From NCBI GenBank assembly GCA_963693365.1, contig CAVNZM010000003.1, forward strand, positions 12,497,651-12,561,650: 64,000 nt of DNA. The letters run 5' to 3'. The notes under the pieces were generated by a model, which made no database searches, was not told where the DNA came from, and worked only from the letters and a program-made list of their open reading frames with translations. Made by a program: the position numbers and the translations under genes. Numbering within the stretch: the stretch's first letter is position 1; each line of letters starts with the position of its first letter. This DNA is from Amoebidium appalachense. Its lineage: Eukaryota > Protista > Ichthyosporea. This document shows, piece after piece, positions 1-11,470 of this stretch.

Positions 1-138
1 TCCACTCACATGCCCCTTCATTTGAACATGGGAGCCCCAGGGGGGGGGGGGGGGGGGTTTGAATGCGTCAAAAAGTACGAAGTACACAAGAACAAACGGA
101 TAACACGATGCAGAATGCAAGCCATACATAAAGAGTAT

Positions 139-298
139 GCATAATAAGCAGAGCCCATCCTCAGGGGGGGCCCACGTCATCCACAGTACCCGAGTTTCGA
201 CCTATTCCCCTCGTTAACGAAACCCAACTCAGATACTGTTTCACTTGAACATGAGTAGGTCACCCGTCTTGATCAGAGACGAGCAGGGTTGCTTATGC
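139..298 (-). ncRNA. Conserved ~160-nt structured RNA core, copy 1 (K-turn, double pseudoknot, hammerhead-like core motifs)
   Basis: Minus-strand stems: AUAAGCA/UGCUUAU, CUCGUCU/AGACGGG, CUCAUG/CGUGGG, ACAGUAUCUGAGU/ACUCGGGUACUGU, GACCUA/UAGGUC. G-U pairs favour the minus strand. Covaries with the copy at 26181-26346. Confidence 0.7.
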
Positions 299-960
299 AG
301 GCAAGGGCAGTGGGAAAGGCCGGGGGTTAAAGTTGCAGCAGTAAGCAGAAGCAAGAAAAATATAGATAGGAACTCAGGAGACGGGGCTTCTAGGAAGCTC
401 CCCCGTCGATACCTAAGTCGATACTTCCCTGGCTAACATACTACACCAGCTGAAAAGAATTAAGTCCCGAAGGCCACAGAATTCGTAATCAGAGGGGAAA
501 ATATGAGATTTGACCCACGCCGCAGGGTAGTAACACGCTTACTAGGGCGGAACTTTATTGTCTTCGAACGGAAAGCTATGCCCCCGGATGTCAGCCGGAA
601 ATATGGTATCACCCATTGCTTTGGGCTTGAAAAAAGCCAAACCGATAGTCCGAGTTATGTTACGCCGGCGGGTAACATGCCGCATGGGTTCCAAGGGAGC
701 TGTCGCCAACAGAGCGGTGTGTGCATGCGTGCGCGTAACGCAATGTGTGAAGTGTGTCTATAGCTATGAAAGGGGGTATGCAGAAGTGGACAGATGAAGT
801 GTGTGGAGAGAAAAACAGTAAGAAGAAAAGTAGACACCGGTATGTGCAACCCCGCACAACATGGGGGGGGGGGGGGGGGGTTGAATGCGCCAAAAAGTAC
901 GAAGTACACAAGAACAAACAGATAACACGATGCAGAATGCAAGCCATACATAAAGAGTAT

Positions 961-1120
961 GCATAATAAGCAGAGCCCATCCTCAGGGGGGGCCCACGTC
1001 ATCCACAGTACCCGAGTTTCGACCTATTCACCTCGTTAACGAAACCCAACTCAGATACTGTTTCACTTGAACATGGGTAGGTCACCCGTCTTGATCAGAG
1101 ACGAGCAGGGTTGCTTATGC
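961..1120 (-). ncRNA. Structured RNA core, copy 2
   Basis: Near-identical to copy 1. A U-G pair in copy 1 (CUCAUG) is C-G here (CCCAUG), preserving the stem. Confidence 0.7.
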
Positions 1121-1771
1121 AGGCAAGGGCAGTGGGAAAGGCCGGGGGTTAAAGTTGCAGGAGTAAGCAGAAGCAAGAAAAATATAGATAGGAACTCAGG
1201 AGACGGGGCTTCTAGGGAGCTCCCCCGTCGCTACCTAGGTCGATACTTCCCTGGCTAACATACTACACCAACTGAAAAGAATTAAGTCCCGAAGGCCGCA
1301 GAATTCGCAATCAGAGGGGAAAATATTAGCTTTGACCCACGCCGCAGGGTAGTAACACGCTTACTAGGGGGGGACTTTATCGTCTTCGAACGGAAAGCTA
1401 TGCCCCCGGATGTCAGCCGGAAATATGGTATCACCCATTGCTTTGGGCTTAAAAAAAGCCAAATCGATAGTCCGAGTTATGTTACGCCGGCGGGTAACAT
1501 GCCGCATGGGTTCCAAGGGAGCTGTCGCCAACAGACCGGTGTGTGCATGCGTGCGCGTAACGCAATGTGTGAAGTGTGTCTATAACTATGAAAGGGGGTA
1601 TGCAGAAGTGGACAGATGAAGTGTGTGGAGAGAAAAACAGTAAGAAGAAAAGTAGACACCGGTGTGTGCAACCCCGCACAACATACACACACACACACAC
1701 ACACACATAAATAAGCGAGGATTACAGGTAATCAACCAGAACAACAAATGACAAGCAAAACAACCGGCGCC

Positions 1772-1883
<112 letters not shown>

Positions 1884-1942
1884 AGAGGGGGTGTGTGTGT
1901 GTGTGTGTGGGGGGGGGGGGGGAGGGGGGGAGGGGGAGGGGG

Positions 1943-2054
1943 GTCTTAGGGATGCTGCAGAATCGTCAGATATTAGACAAATCGTATCAATACGATCATT
2001 CTCTCATATATGAGAGAAGATTGTGACTAACGATGTGCAGAGCTGGTTTAAGAC
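1943..2054 (-). pseudogene. Diverged duplicate of the last exon region of the 2190-7367 gene
   Basis: Aligns by eye to 2166-2273 (gtcttaaaccagctctgc vs gtctctaacccactctgc; tttgtctaatatctgacgattctgcag vs tttgtctgatatctaacgactctgcag). Keeps a CAG acceptor and has an earlier stop. Confidence 0.55.
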
Positions 2055-2189
2055 CTGTTGAGTGTGCAGATAAAATGGGAGGGGAAGGAGGAGGGGAAGT
2101 TGGGGGGGGGGGGGGGGGGGGGGGGTGTGAAGTAAGAGAGGGGAGGGAATGTTAGAGTGTCAGTAGTCTCAGGGGACCCTGCAGAGTCG

Positions 2190-2837
2190 TTAGATATCAG
2201 ACAAAAACGCACCAACGACCAAGTTCTCCAAGGGGAGAAATGCGTAAAACGTTCTGCAGAGTGGGTTAGAGACCTGCTGATGAGAAGAGTGTATACAGGG
2301 TTTGGCCGGGGGGGGGGGGGGGGAAGGGGGGGGGGAAAGAAAGTAGGAGGGGAAGGGGGGGGGGGGGGGGAGGGGGGGGGGGGAAGTAGGGTGGGGAAGG
2401 GCGAAGGGCGAAGGGAGGGGAGGGAGGGAGGGGGAAAAGGGGGAGAGGGGGGGGGGGGAGAAGAAAAAGAAAAAAAGGGCGAAGGGAGGGCAGGGAGGGA
2501 GGGGGAAAAGGGGGGGGGGGGGGGGGGGGGGGGGGGGAGAAGGAAAAAAAAAAAAAGAGAAAAAAAAAAACCCCCCTGTGGTGGACAGATCAGAGACGAG
2601 AGCTCCATTTCAAAACTTACCAGGCAACCCAAAAACCTAGCCGGCTGAGAAAGAAGAACGGCGGGGGAATTGTTTGGGAAAAGGAGCGGGGGGAGAGAGG
2701 GGGGGAGGGGAGGGGGAGGGGGGGAGGGGGGAGGGGGGGGGGGGGGGGAGGGGGGGGGGAGAGAGGGGGAGAGGGGGAGAGAGAGAGAGGGAGGGAGAGA
2801 ACGAGAGAGAACGAAAGAGAGAGAGAGAGAGGGAGAC

Positions 2838-2868
<31 letters not shown>

Positions 2869-3011
2869 GCGAGCAAGAGAGAGAGAGACAGAGAGAGAGG
2901 GAGGGAGGGAGGGAGAGAGAGGGAGAGGGAGAGAGAGAGAGGGAGAGAGAGAGGGAGGGAGGGGAGGGGAGGGGGGGGGGGGGGGGGGGGGGGGAGGTGT
3001 AGGGGCTGGTA

Positions 3012-3044
<33 letters not shown>

Positions 3045-3330
3045 TCGGGGGATAGAGTGGGGGACTAGGGAGTGTTTTTAGTGATGATGGAGAGTATGTG
3101 AGAGGAGTGAACGCCACAGTATATGTGCGGGTGTGTGGCGAGAAAGCTGTGCATTTTGTGGTGCAAGAGTCTAAACGAGTAGCCTTTGTTAAGCAATGTG
3201 TAGCAAGTCGTGCAGTGCATGTGGTGAATGCAGCAAGTGTGGAGCATTTGCGCTGGTAGCTATACATTTGACATGTCATGATGCCGTATTTTGCAGTGCG
3301 GGAGATGAATGAGTCATGGTGTGTGTGTGT

Positions 3331-3379
<49 letters not shown>

Positions 3380-3482
3380 GGAATGCAAATATAGCAGCAG
3401 AAAAACCACACTGGCCCACGCACGTGAAAAAAAATAAAGGAGAAGGGCACAGCGGGGGAGGGGGAGGGTGTGGGGGGGGGGA

Positions 3483-3517
<35 letters not shown>

Positions 3518-4026
3518 AGAAGGGAGGGGAGAGGTGTTGGCATGCGGGTGCATGGGGGGAAGGCAAAAGTATGTGCATGTATGTGTGGATGTGCAAATGC
3601 AAATGAACACATAGACAGATCCTCCCCCCCCCCCCCCCCCCTCCCCCTCCACACACATGTGCATACAAAAAAGCACAAACAGATGTGCCCGTGCCCACAC
3701 AAACACACACACATAGAGAGAGAGAGACAGAGAGAAAGAGAGAGGAAGGCAGGAAAGTGACACACCCACACAAGAGGGAGAGACAGAGAGAGAAGAGGAG
3801 AGAAAGGGAGAGGTAAAAGAAGGAAGGAGAAGGGTAAGGATGGGGGGGGGGGGGGGGGGGGGGGGGGAGAGGAAATTTCTTTCCATCTCTCTCTCCCGCT
3901 CCCGCTCCCAACAGGCGGGCATAGGTGTGTCTGTGCGTGTGTGTGTGTTGGGTGAGGGGGTGCAGAGGTCTGTGGGTCTGTGCGTGTGTGTGTGCGTGCG
4001 TGCGTGCATGTGTTTTTTTTTTTTTT

Positions 4027-4079
<53 letters not shown>

Positions 4080-4336
4080 CTAACCTTTGCATTGTGGTCT
4101 TGGACGAATGCTGCTGCCCTTTCCTGAAGGTCCCTGAGTGAATGGTGGTTGTAAGTGAATCGCACGATTAGGGGTGGAAAAAAAAAGGTGGTAGGCGCTC
4201 AAGCATCAAAAGAAACAGAATCAGTGTAGCTTGTTGCAACTAACATGCATACAGGCATCTTTATATGCAACAGGAAAAATAGAACGACGCATGGACACGA
4301 CGGAGGGAAGGTGGGAGGTGGAAAGGGGGGAGGGTG

Positions 4337-4374
<38 letters not shown>

Positions 4375-4750
4375 CGAAAGTGCAATCGTGTGACCGCCTG
4401 CGTGTGTGCGTGTGTTTTGAGTTCTAAACCGGTGTTTGATGCAAGTATGTATGCGGGTGGCGCAAGTGTGTAGTTATATACGTGTGTGTAGGCAAGCTGT
4501 GCCTGTGCACCTATGCTCATGTAGAGCTGTGTGCCTGTGTGCATCTATGTGCATGTATACGTGTGTGCACGTGTGTGTTTGCGTGTATGCCTGTGTGCAT
4601 GCCGTAAGGAGGTTCGTGCAAGCATCAAGGCTATGGGTGATCAAACTTGCCCGGATATGGTAACACGTACATCTGTGTGCACATGTACGCGTGCGGGCCC
4701 ACGTGCGTGTGCATGCGTGATTGTGAATGTAAGTGTGTGATTGACTGTGA

Positions 4751-4783
<33 letters not shown>

Positions 4784-5081
4784 CGCGCGCGTGTATGTGT
4801 GCGTGTGTGCGCGCACGCACACACATGTGGTGTGCGCATGTGTCTCTGTGTATGATGTGTGTATGTGTGTTCCTGTGTGTGTGTGTGGATGTACGTCTTT
4901 AAGCATGTGCTTTTAGTTGTGAGCATCAATACGTCTTTGTGTTTTTTTTTTTGTTGGGCCGGCCTGCACGCACATATTTCCACAAGCAAACAAGCACTCA
5001 CGCACATACATGCGCATGCACATTGACACGCACACACACACCATACACACACACACACACAGACACGTGCGGGCATAAGCC

Positions 5082-5128
<47 letters not shown>

Positions 5129-5138
5129 ACACACACGC

Positions 5139-5172
<34 letters not shown>

Positions 5173-5613
5173 CGGCCCACCCATTCACACCTCCCTCCCC
5201 CCACCCACCCACCCAAACCATTCTCCCCCCCACACATCCCCTCTCCTCCTCCCCCCTCCCCACCCACCCACCCATAACCAGCTCTCCCCCCCACCCCCCT
5301 CCCCCCCTGCCCTCCACCCACCCACCAAACCTCCTCCCCCCCACACACACACACATAAACACACACACACATAAACACACACACACATAAACACACACAC
5401 ATAAACACACACACACATAAACACACACACACATAAACACACACACACACACACACACACACCTCTCCTTCTGCTACGCCGCCACCGTCAGAGCCATAAC
5501 TCTCTCCCTCTTTGTAATCTCGTCTCTGGTCCACCTCCCCCCCCCCGTACTCCCCCCCCCCCCCCCCCCTCCCCCAACACATACGCACACGCGTGCGCGC
5601 ACACACACAAACA

Positions 5614-5680
<67 letters not shown>

Positions 5681-6246
5681 ACACACACACCTCTCCTTCT
5701 GCCATGCAGCCACCGTCAGAGCCATAACCCTCTCCCTCTTTGCCAGATCCTCTCTGGCCGACTCCAGTGCCCTACCCAACTGACGTGCCTTATCCTCGGC
5801 AACATCCGTCTGTTTCTTTGCTTCCAAAACTGCGTGGGGTAGATAGAGGGGGGGGGGGGGGGGGGGGGGGGGGGAAGAATGCGGAATACCGTATAAGCAC
5901 AACCACACTATAAAAAAAACGGTGCCGGACACATGCAAAAGAAAACATTTAAGGGTGTAACGTCATTAACACGAACAGTATGCAACATAAGCAGAGCCCG
6001 TTCTCAGGGTTGCCCAAGGGGCGAGGGAGGGGCACGCTAGAATGTGCTACAGAGAACGAACTGCATATTTACGACGTACAGAACAATGCACATATTTAAA
6101 AGCTACACAACGAATCAAGAGGGCGGGAAGGGGTTGGTAGGAACGACACAGATTCATGACGGAATTTCCAACAGGACGAACACACACACACACACACAGA
6201 GCGTGTACCAAATGAAGAGCTCATCCTTTCGGGGGTGGGGGGGGGT

Positions 6247-6277
<31 letters not shown>

Positions 6278-6684
6278 TGTAGCGTTAGATGGTTGGAAAT
6301 ATGGAGGAGACAGCAAAAAGCAACAACAGAAACGTCACAAGTGTGCAGGCAGAAGACACTTGAACAGAGCCCATCATCAGGGGGTCCCTATGCCTCCACA
6401 AAAGCATGGGTTTCGACTCTCTAACCTCTCGCGCGGGGGGGGGGGGGGGGGGGGGGGGGGAGGGGGGGGGGGGGGGATAAGAATCTGATAAGATGGTGGC
6501 AAAGACGAAAGCAAAACGTTTAAAGAAACAAAGCTAAAAACACAAAACGACCATAACGATTGTGAAGGCAGAGGAGACTTGAACATAACATGTCTCATGA
6601 GCAAAGTGCCCATGCATCCACGCAAACACAAATTTGGGCTCTTCACACTCTCGTGCATATGGTGCTGATGGTGGTTGTGGTGGT

Positions 6685-6725
<41 letters not shown>

Positions 6726-7367
6726 GCGTGCGTGCGTGCGCGCGCGCGCGCGCGTGTGTGTGTGTCTGTTTGTCTGTGTGTGCCTGCGTGTTTGTGCACA
6801 TGTGTGCGTGCAACGAAAGTTGGGACGGAGTGTTGCAAGTATGATGCACAGGACGAAGTACAAACTCGCAACAAGTAACATATTGTGGATGTACAAACAA
6901 GCCACGTTGACAAAGAATTTCTTTTTGGAAGAACAGCAAGTGGGCGGCCGGGTCGGGGGCCGGGGGGGGGGGGGGGGGGGGGGGGGGTTGGAGTCACAAG
7001 AGTCAAAAGGATGAGATGCCACAGTGAAACAAAGACTCGGGGTAGAGAATGCAACCGGCAGGGTCTTGAAGAAAACAATTTATTTTGGTCGTGGGAAGGA
7101 AGGGGGGGGAGGGTGATGGTGGTGGGGGATGGGGCGGGGGGGGGGGGGGGGGGGGGGGGGGGAGGGAGGGGGGTGAGGGGGGGGGGGGGGAGGGGGGGGG
7201 AGAACTCACGTAAGGCCATGGCTTTCTCATAATCAAGCTGGGGGGGCAAAACAAGCCGCAAGGAATGCCCAAAAGCCAGTCTGGCGGGAGGCCTCCACAA
7301 GGCGACACAGCGACTGGAGAGGCTTTCGTGCGGCTTCGAGCGTATTAACTATCACATCCATGGTCAT
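2190..7367 (-). CDS. Spliced hypothetical coiled-coil protein, ~150 aa (exons 7367-7210, 5829-5691, 4133-4085, 2644-2621, 2273-2190)
   Basis: GT-AG exons with matching phases give [16 protein letters not shown]...[67 protein letters not shown]... One base must be removed from the G7 run at 7240-7246. The last two exons are less certain. Confidence 0.6.
5463..5535 (-). pseudogene. Partial duplicate of exon 2 (3' half) with TGG>TAG stop
   Basis: Encodes ...[21 protein letters not shown] vs [22 protein letters not shown] in the true exon, followed by the same (GT)n donor. Confidence 0.75.
5872..6020 (-). mobile_element. Truncated, decayed copy of the structured-RNA element (family B-like)
   Basis: G-run then gaatgcggaa...ggacacatgcaaa...acagtatgc..cataagcagagcccg.tctcaggg, matching 26073-26210. 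Confidence 0.65.
6360..6435 (-). mobile_element. Divergent fragment (3' half) of the structured RNA core
   Basis: Minus strand reads GAGUCGAAACCC...GGGACCCCCUGAUGAUGGGCUCUG, retaining GUCGAAAC and a perfect CUGAUGA. Confidence 0.6.
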
Positions 7368-8445
7368 GCTGCTTGATTCCTTGCATGTGCAAGGAAAATT
7401 CTACGTTAACTGAAATATGTTGTGAGTTAGGAGACAAAGAACAGGCCAAAGAGGAACTCGCGCACGAGCATTTGGCTGTGTTGGTGGGGGGAGCCGAGGG
7501 CTTCTGTGTGCCCCCAGCCCACGAGACTACGGGAGAAAACTGGAAATGACAAGAAGGGTACCAACGCTTGGTTAAGGATCTGTCTTAGCTGTTGCTTGCC
7601 CCAATTCCTATAGCTGTGGAATGTGAACCGTGTATGTGGGCTTTTCGGCTGTCTGTCTCCCCACCTAGCCCGTGCGCGTGTATAGTCCCTGTAGCAGGGA
7701 AAGTTTACACACGCACGCACAGACTGACACAACCAAATGACACCAAGGCTGCGGTGGGCTGACGTCAAGATCCTGACAAGTAGATCGGCTCAGATTAGAG
7801 ATTGCATGCTCGATGGTAACATTTTTTTTTTCTTTTGACTGGATTTATTCGACGGAAAGATATGCAAGTATGCACGGCATACTGAGAAGACAATAAAAAC
7901 TTCATGAGTTAACAAGTAACAAGTGCATACTGAGATACCTGAACACTGTGTGAAAATCATATAAATACTCAATGTGACGACCAACAGAATTCAACAAAAA
8001 GTCTAAAGTGTTCACATTGCCAGCCAGTGTAGCAGACACCCGTAGGGAAAGCTATAGAGGTAACTTAAGCCAAATTTAGATAGACGGCTTGGGATCCGTC
8101 TTAGCTTGGAGTGTGCTATGTATGAGAGTAAAGCTCTGATAGCTACCATATCGGCTCATACAAATAACAATTAACAGCAGACATTCAAAATCTTGACTAT
8201 TGTATAAGCACAAATACATTGCATATTTCATACGAATATATGAATGTTGCAGCCGAGTATCAGACTAATGTCTTTCATCAAATAAACTTTCAGCGATCAT
8301 CTATGAAGATCTGATTATTTAAATTGTTTTACGCAAATTCGCCGAAAATTCGAAATGTCAATGCTATCCAATCATAGCACACAAAGTGTGCGATTGGTTC
8401 AGCTTGTTTTTATCACAGCCAATTAGAGCATTTTTTGCATAGACC

Positions 8446-8807
8446 TGTATGAGTGAGATTGTCCCACAATCACAAGCATATGAATTTGTACTTGGAGTCA
8501 TAGGCAGAGACCAGATCCGCCGAGACCCTGCCCGAGCCTCATGGCTCCCCCTATACTATGCCGCTGATTACGCTCATATATGGTAGCAGAGACAGCCCGA
8601 CCGCCCTCTGATGGCCTAGCCGCTTTCCACTGCGCACTGCTATGAGCTCCGAGCTCACTCCCGCCGCCGAGATGTATGAGTGAGATTGTCCCACAATCAC
8701 AAGCATATGAATTTGTACTTGGAGTCATAGGCAGAGACCAGATCCGCCGAGACCCTGCCCGAGCCTCATGGCTCCCCCTATACTATGCCGCTGATTACGC
8801 TCATATA
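8446..8807 (+). mobile_element. TRIM (terminal-repeat retrotransposon in miniature), 362 bp
   Basis: Two identical 135-bp LTRs (8446-8580, 8673-8807) with inverted termini TGTATGAG...CTCATATA. PBS TGGTAGCAGAG (8581-8591) is complementary to the animal-type initiator tRNA-Met 3' end. 4-bp TSD GACC on both sides. 92-bp non-coding interior. Confidence 0.9.
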
Positions 8808-9464
8808 GACCTTGGGCATTCCAAGCGTGAGAGTCACATGGCCAGTGACCAACATGAGCCACCTACGGAATCTGCAACTGCTGCACCACATGAGCTTTGC
8901 AGAACCGCCCAATATTTAGGAGTATTTTATATGAGTTTTTCATTGTCTTTTGGATAATTGCTGTTCATTGCACACATCAGGCATCGAGATATGTATGTAC
9001 TTGACCTTCAGCGGCCCAGGCTGAGGGTTGCATAATGGTGGTTGTTACCGGTTGCTCTTGTTTATGATACGTAGCCAATCGATATAAAGATTGCTGTGAC
9101 CAGCAGAAGGCGGCTTAGGCTGTAGTTGGTAGGCTTTGCATGCTCCGTGACTCCAGATTTCTGCAAGCTCGTGCCTATATACTTGAAATTCTTCATATAT
9201 ATATTTTCAAAACTTTCAACAAGTTCTATATAACTGTCTATATACCCACTCTCTATTGTTGGGGTAACTCTGACAAGGCAAGGCATCACGCTCCTTTCAC
9301 ACCAGCCGCCCACGATCATCCAATGAGCAATCGGGGCCATTCCCAATCATATGTCCCTGGCTTTTCGGTGGCTTGCTCCCACGCTAAAGGCTTCCACGCA
9401 TTACTGTCAACACAGCTGACAGCCTTGTTCGGGTTTGTTTTCACGACTCTCGCCCACGAAAAAA

Positions 9465-10165
9465 ATGGAGTCCGCAACCGTTTATGTCGCCAACGCATGC
9501 CTCAACGCACAGAGATACAGCGACAACCAAGTTGTATTCTGGTGCCAGGGTGTTGTTTCGGTAGCGAACCTCTCGTTCGAGAAGGACATAGCGGTGCACT
9601 ACACCTTCGATAACTGGGCTACAACACAAGTCATTCAGCGCGAATACGCACAGACGAACGAGACGAGCCATCGCGACCTATTCCACTTCAACATCGCGCT
9701 TCCAACAGACCGTGACACCCCTGTTACCATCCAGTTTGTAGTCTCTTACAACGGCGAACATTGGGACAACAACAATGGTCAGAACCATGTTCTGACGGGC
9801 TCCGTTCCCTCGCGCACACATGGCGGGCATGTTGTGGTGAATGTCTACAAGTTCAACCCCATTACCAAGGAGGCATTTGGTGCCGTTCTTGCGCATAAAG
9901 CCACCAACGAAAAGACAGTAACTGTGCGTGCGACTTGCAACGGGTGGGCCACCACACAGGAATACGAAGCTGATGCTTGCTATGAAGGTGCAAACGGTAA
10001 CTTTTTCATGTTCAAGTTCCCAATCAAGGCTGACGGGACAAGCTGGAGTATGCTGTGCGTATGCGTGATGGCAGCGTGGAGCACTGGGACAACAACGGTG
10101 GGAGGAACTTCACTTTCGTTTACGGAAAGCAGTCGGATGCCAACTGCAACGCCATTGTGGCATAG
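9465..10165 (+). CDS. Intronless protein with two tandem CBM21 starch/glycogen-binding domains (~233 aa)
   Basis: Domain 1 shows GVVSVANLSFEKDIAVHYTFDNW and HWDNNNGQNH. Domain 2 shows EKTVTVRATCNGW and, after restoring one G at 10035-10037, LEYAVRMRDGSVEHWDNNGGRNF, ending at TAG 10163-10165. Confidence 0.85.
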
Positions 10166-10976
10166 GCCACCCGCTCCTTAGACTACATTTTTCAAAGTTT
10201 TTTTCGCCCGTAACACGAATGAATGGATATCAAGTAGAGCTAGGCACGTGTATGTGTAGTTCAAGCAACAGTGTAGGTTATTGTACTGTGGAGTGCACCA
10301 GTTACTGACAATTGATTTGTCGCTGATAATGCCACACCGCATTTCATTTTGTTTTTAATAAACTCTAAAAGCGAAATAATCAACCCACCGGGCAAAATCT
10401 ATGCAATTTGGGCATGTACTTAATCAGAATTCTATAGTTACAACTTTGTGCAGTCTAGGAGAGCCATGCTCGAATGGCCTTCTGCACTATCTATAAAAAC
10501 TTTGGCAGATAAAACAATGCATTCGATATTGAATGGGACCCGTGTGTTGGCAAAAATCTGGCACTACACAAATACCACTGCCGGATGCAGCATCATGACA
10601 AATTTAAAGTGAATACAGATTCCATATGCATTGGCGCACACAGCAATGCACATTGCACAGCCCTACACGTATCTGAAAAAAGTAAACATAATGGCAACAC
10701 AAGAGCACACACGCCAGCCGTGCCTGAATATAAAAGTGGGGTGCACACCCCGCGTGTTAGAAGTTACATAGTTGTGGCACAAACCCTCACACATGCAAAA
10801 CACGAACCCTAACGGTGGGTCGCGCATATTGAATTTAGTTAGACACTCCCGTACAAAATGCCATTGTATATCCCTATTGCTTCGCTATTTCTATTGGATT
10901 ACCGGACCGGTAAGGGAATGCAGGGACACCCAACAGTGGCAGTTGCTTGTTGGTGCAAACATACGAGGGCGGGGGA

Positions 10977-11015
<39 letters not shown>

Positions 11016-11434
11016 GCACATGCACAAGCAGGCGGACACGCGCACGCGCGCACACACACATGCAAGCACACGCGCAACACGCATACACATATGCACGCGC
11101 ACACACACACACGCATGTTCACGCTAACGAGTATGTGCACACGGCACGCGCACGCGCGCGCACACGCACGCACATGCACACACACGCCGTTGGTCAGTCA
11201 CCATCAACTTCTGCCCGTAACCTTCGACAAACGGCCGTGTCAGCGGAACAAGACCCTAATAGCTTAAGGCAAAGATTTTAAGCTATCAGCTACCAACATA
11301 TAATAGAAGCATGTGTGGTCGTTATACACAGCAAACCACGTACAATGTCCCCGACACGTGGGGATTATGATTATAGAGATCCAAACGGCCCAGTTATTCC
11401 CCCCCCCTTTTTTTTGTGTGTGTGTGTATGTGTT

Positions 11435-11470
<36 letters not shown>

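Larger units (their letters stand above)
58..1684 (-). mobile_element. Head-to-tail dimer of an 822-bp non-coding repeat unit (candidate retrozyme-like retroelement, family A)
   Basis: Sequence 59-860 recurs at 881-1682 with period 822 and scattered substitutions. Each unit abuts a poly-G run (40-57, 863-880). No credible ORF. A decayed homolog lies at 32962-33310. Confidence 0.75.

Noticed and set aside
58-860. Group II intron (the minus strand begins near GTGCG), group I intron, 5S-derived SINE, HDV-like ribozyme or TnpB/Fanzor omega-RNA (ends TTCAA)
   Set aside because: No domain V/VI, no conserved P7 R/S pair, only a few matching bases to 5S, no HDV P1/P1.1 topology, and no nuclease ORF nearby. 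The omega-RNA idea cannot be fully excluded without a genome-wide search.
245-1706. Short ORFs inside the 822-bp repeat
   Set aside because: Mostly non-ATG starts, start codons not preserved between copies, and no protein-like features; conservation follows RNA pairing instead
2179-2212. 34-nt mini-intron (GTGCGT...CTAAC...CAG) at the end of the coiled-coil gene
   Set aside because: The unspliced reading from the acceptor at 2274 is simpler and is supported by the duplicated copy; undecidable without cDNA
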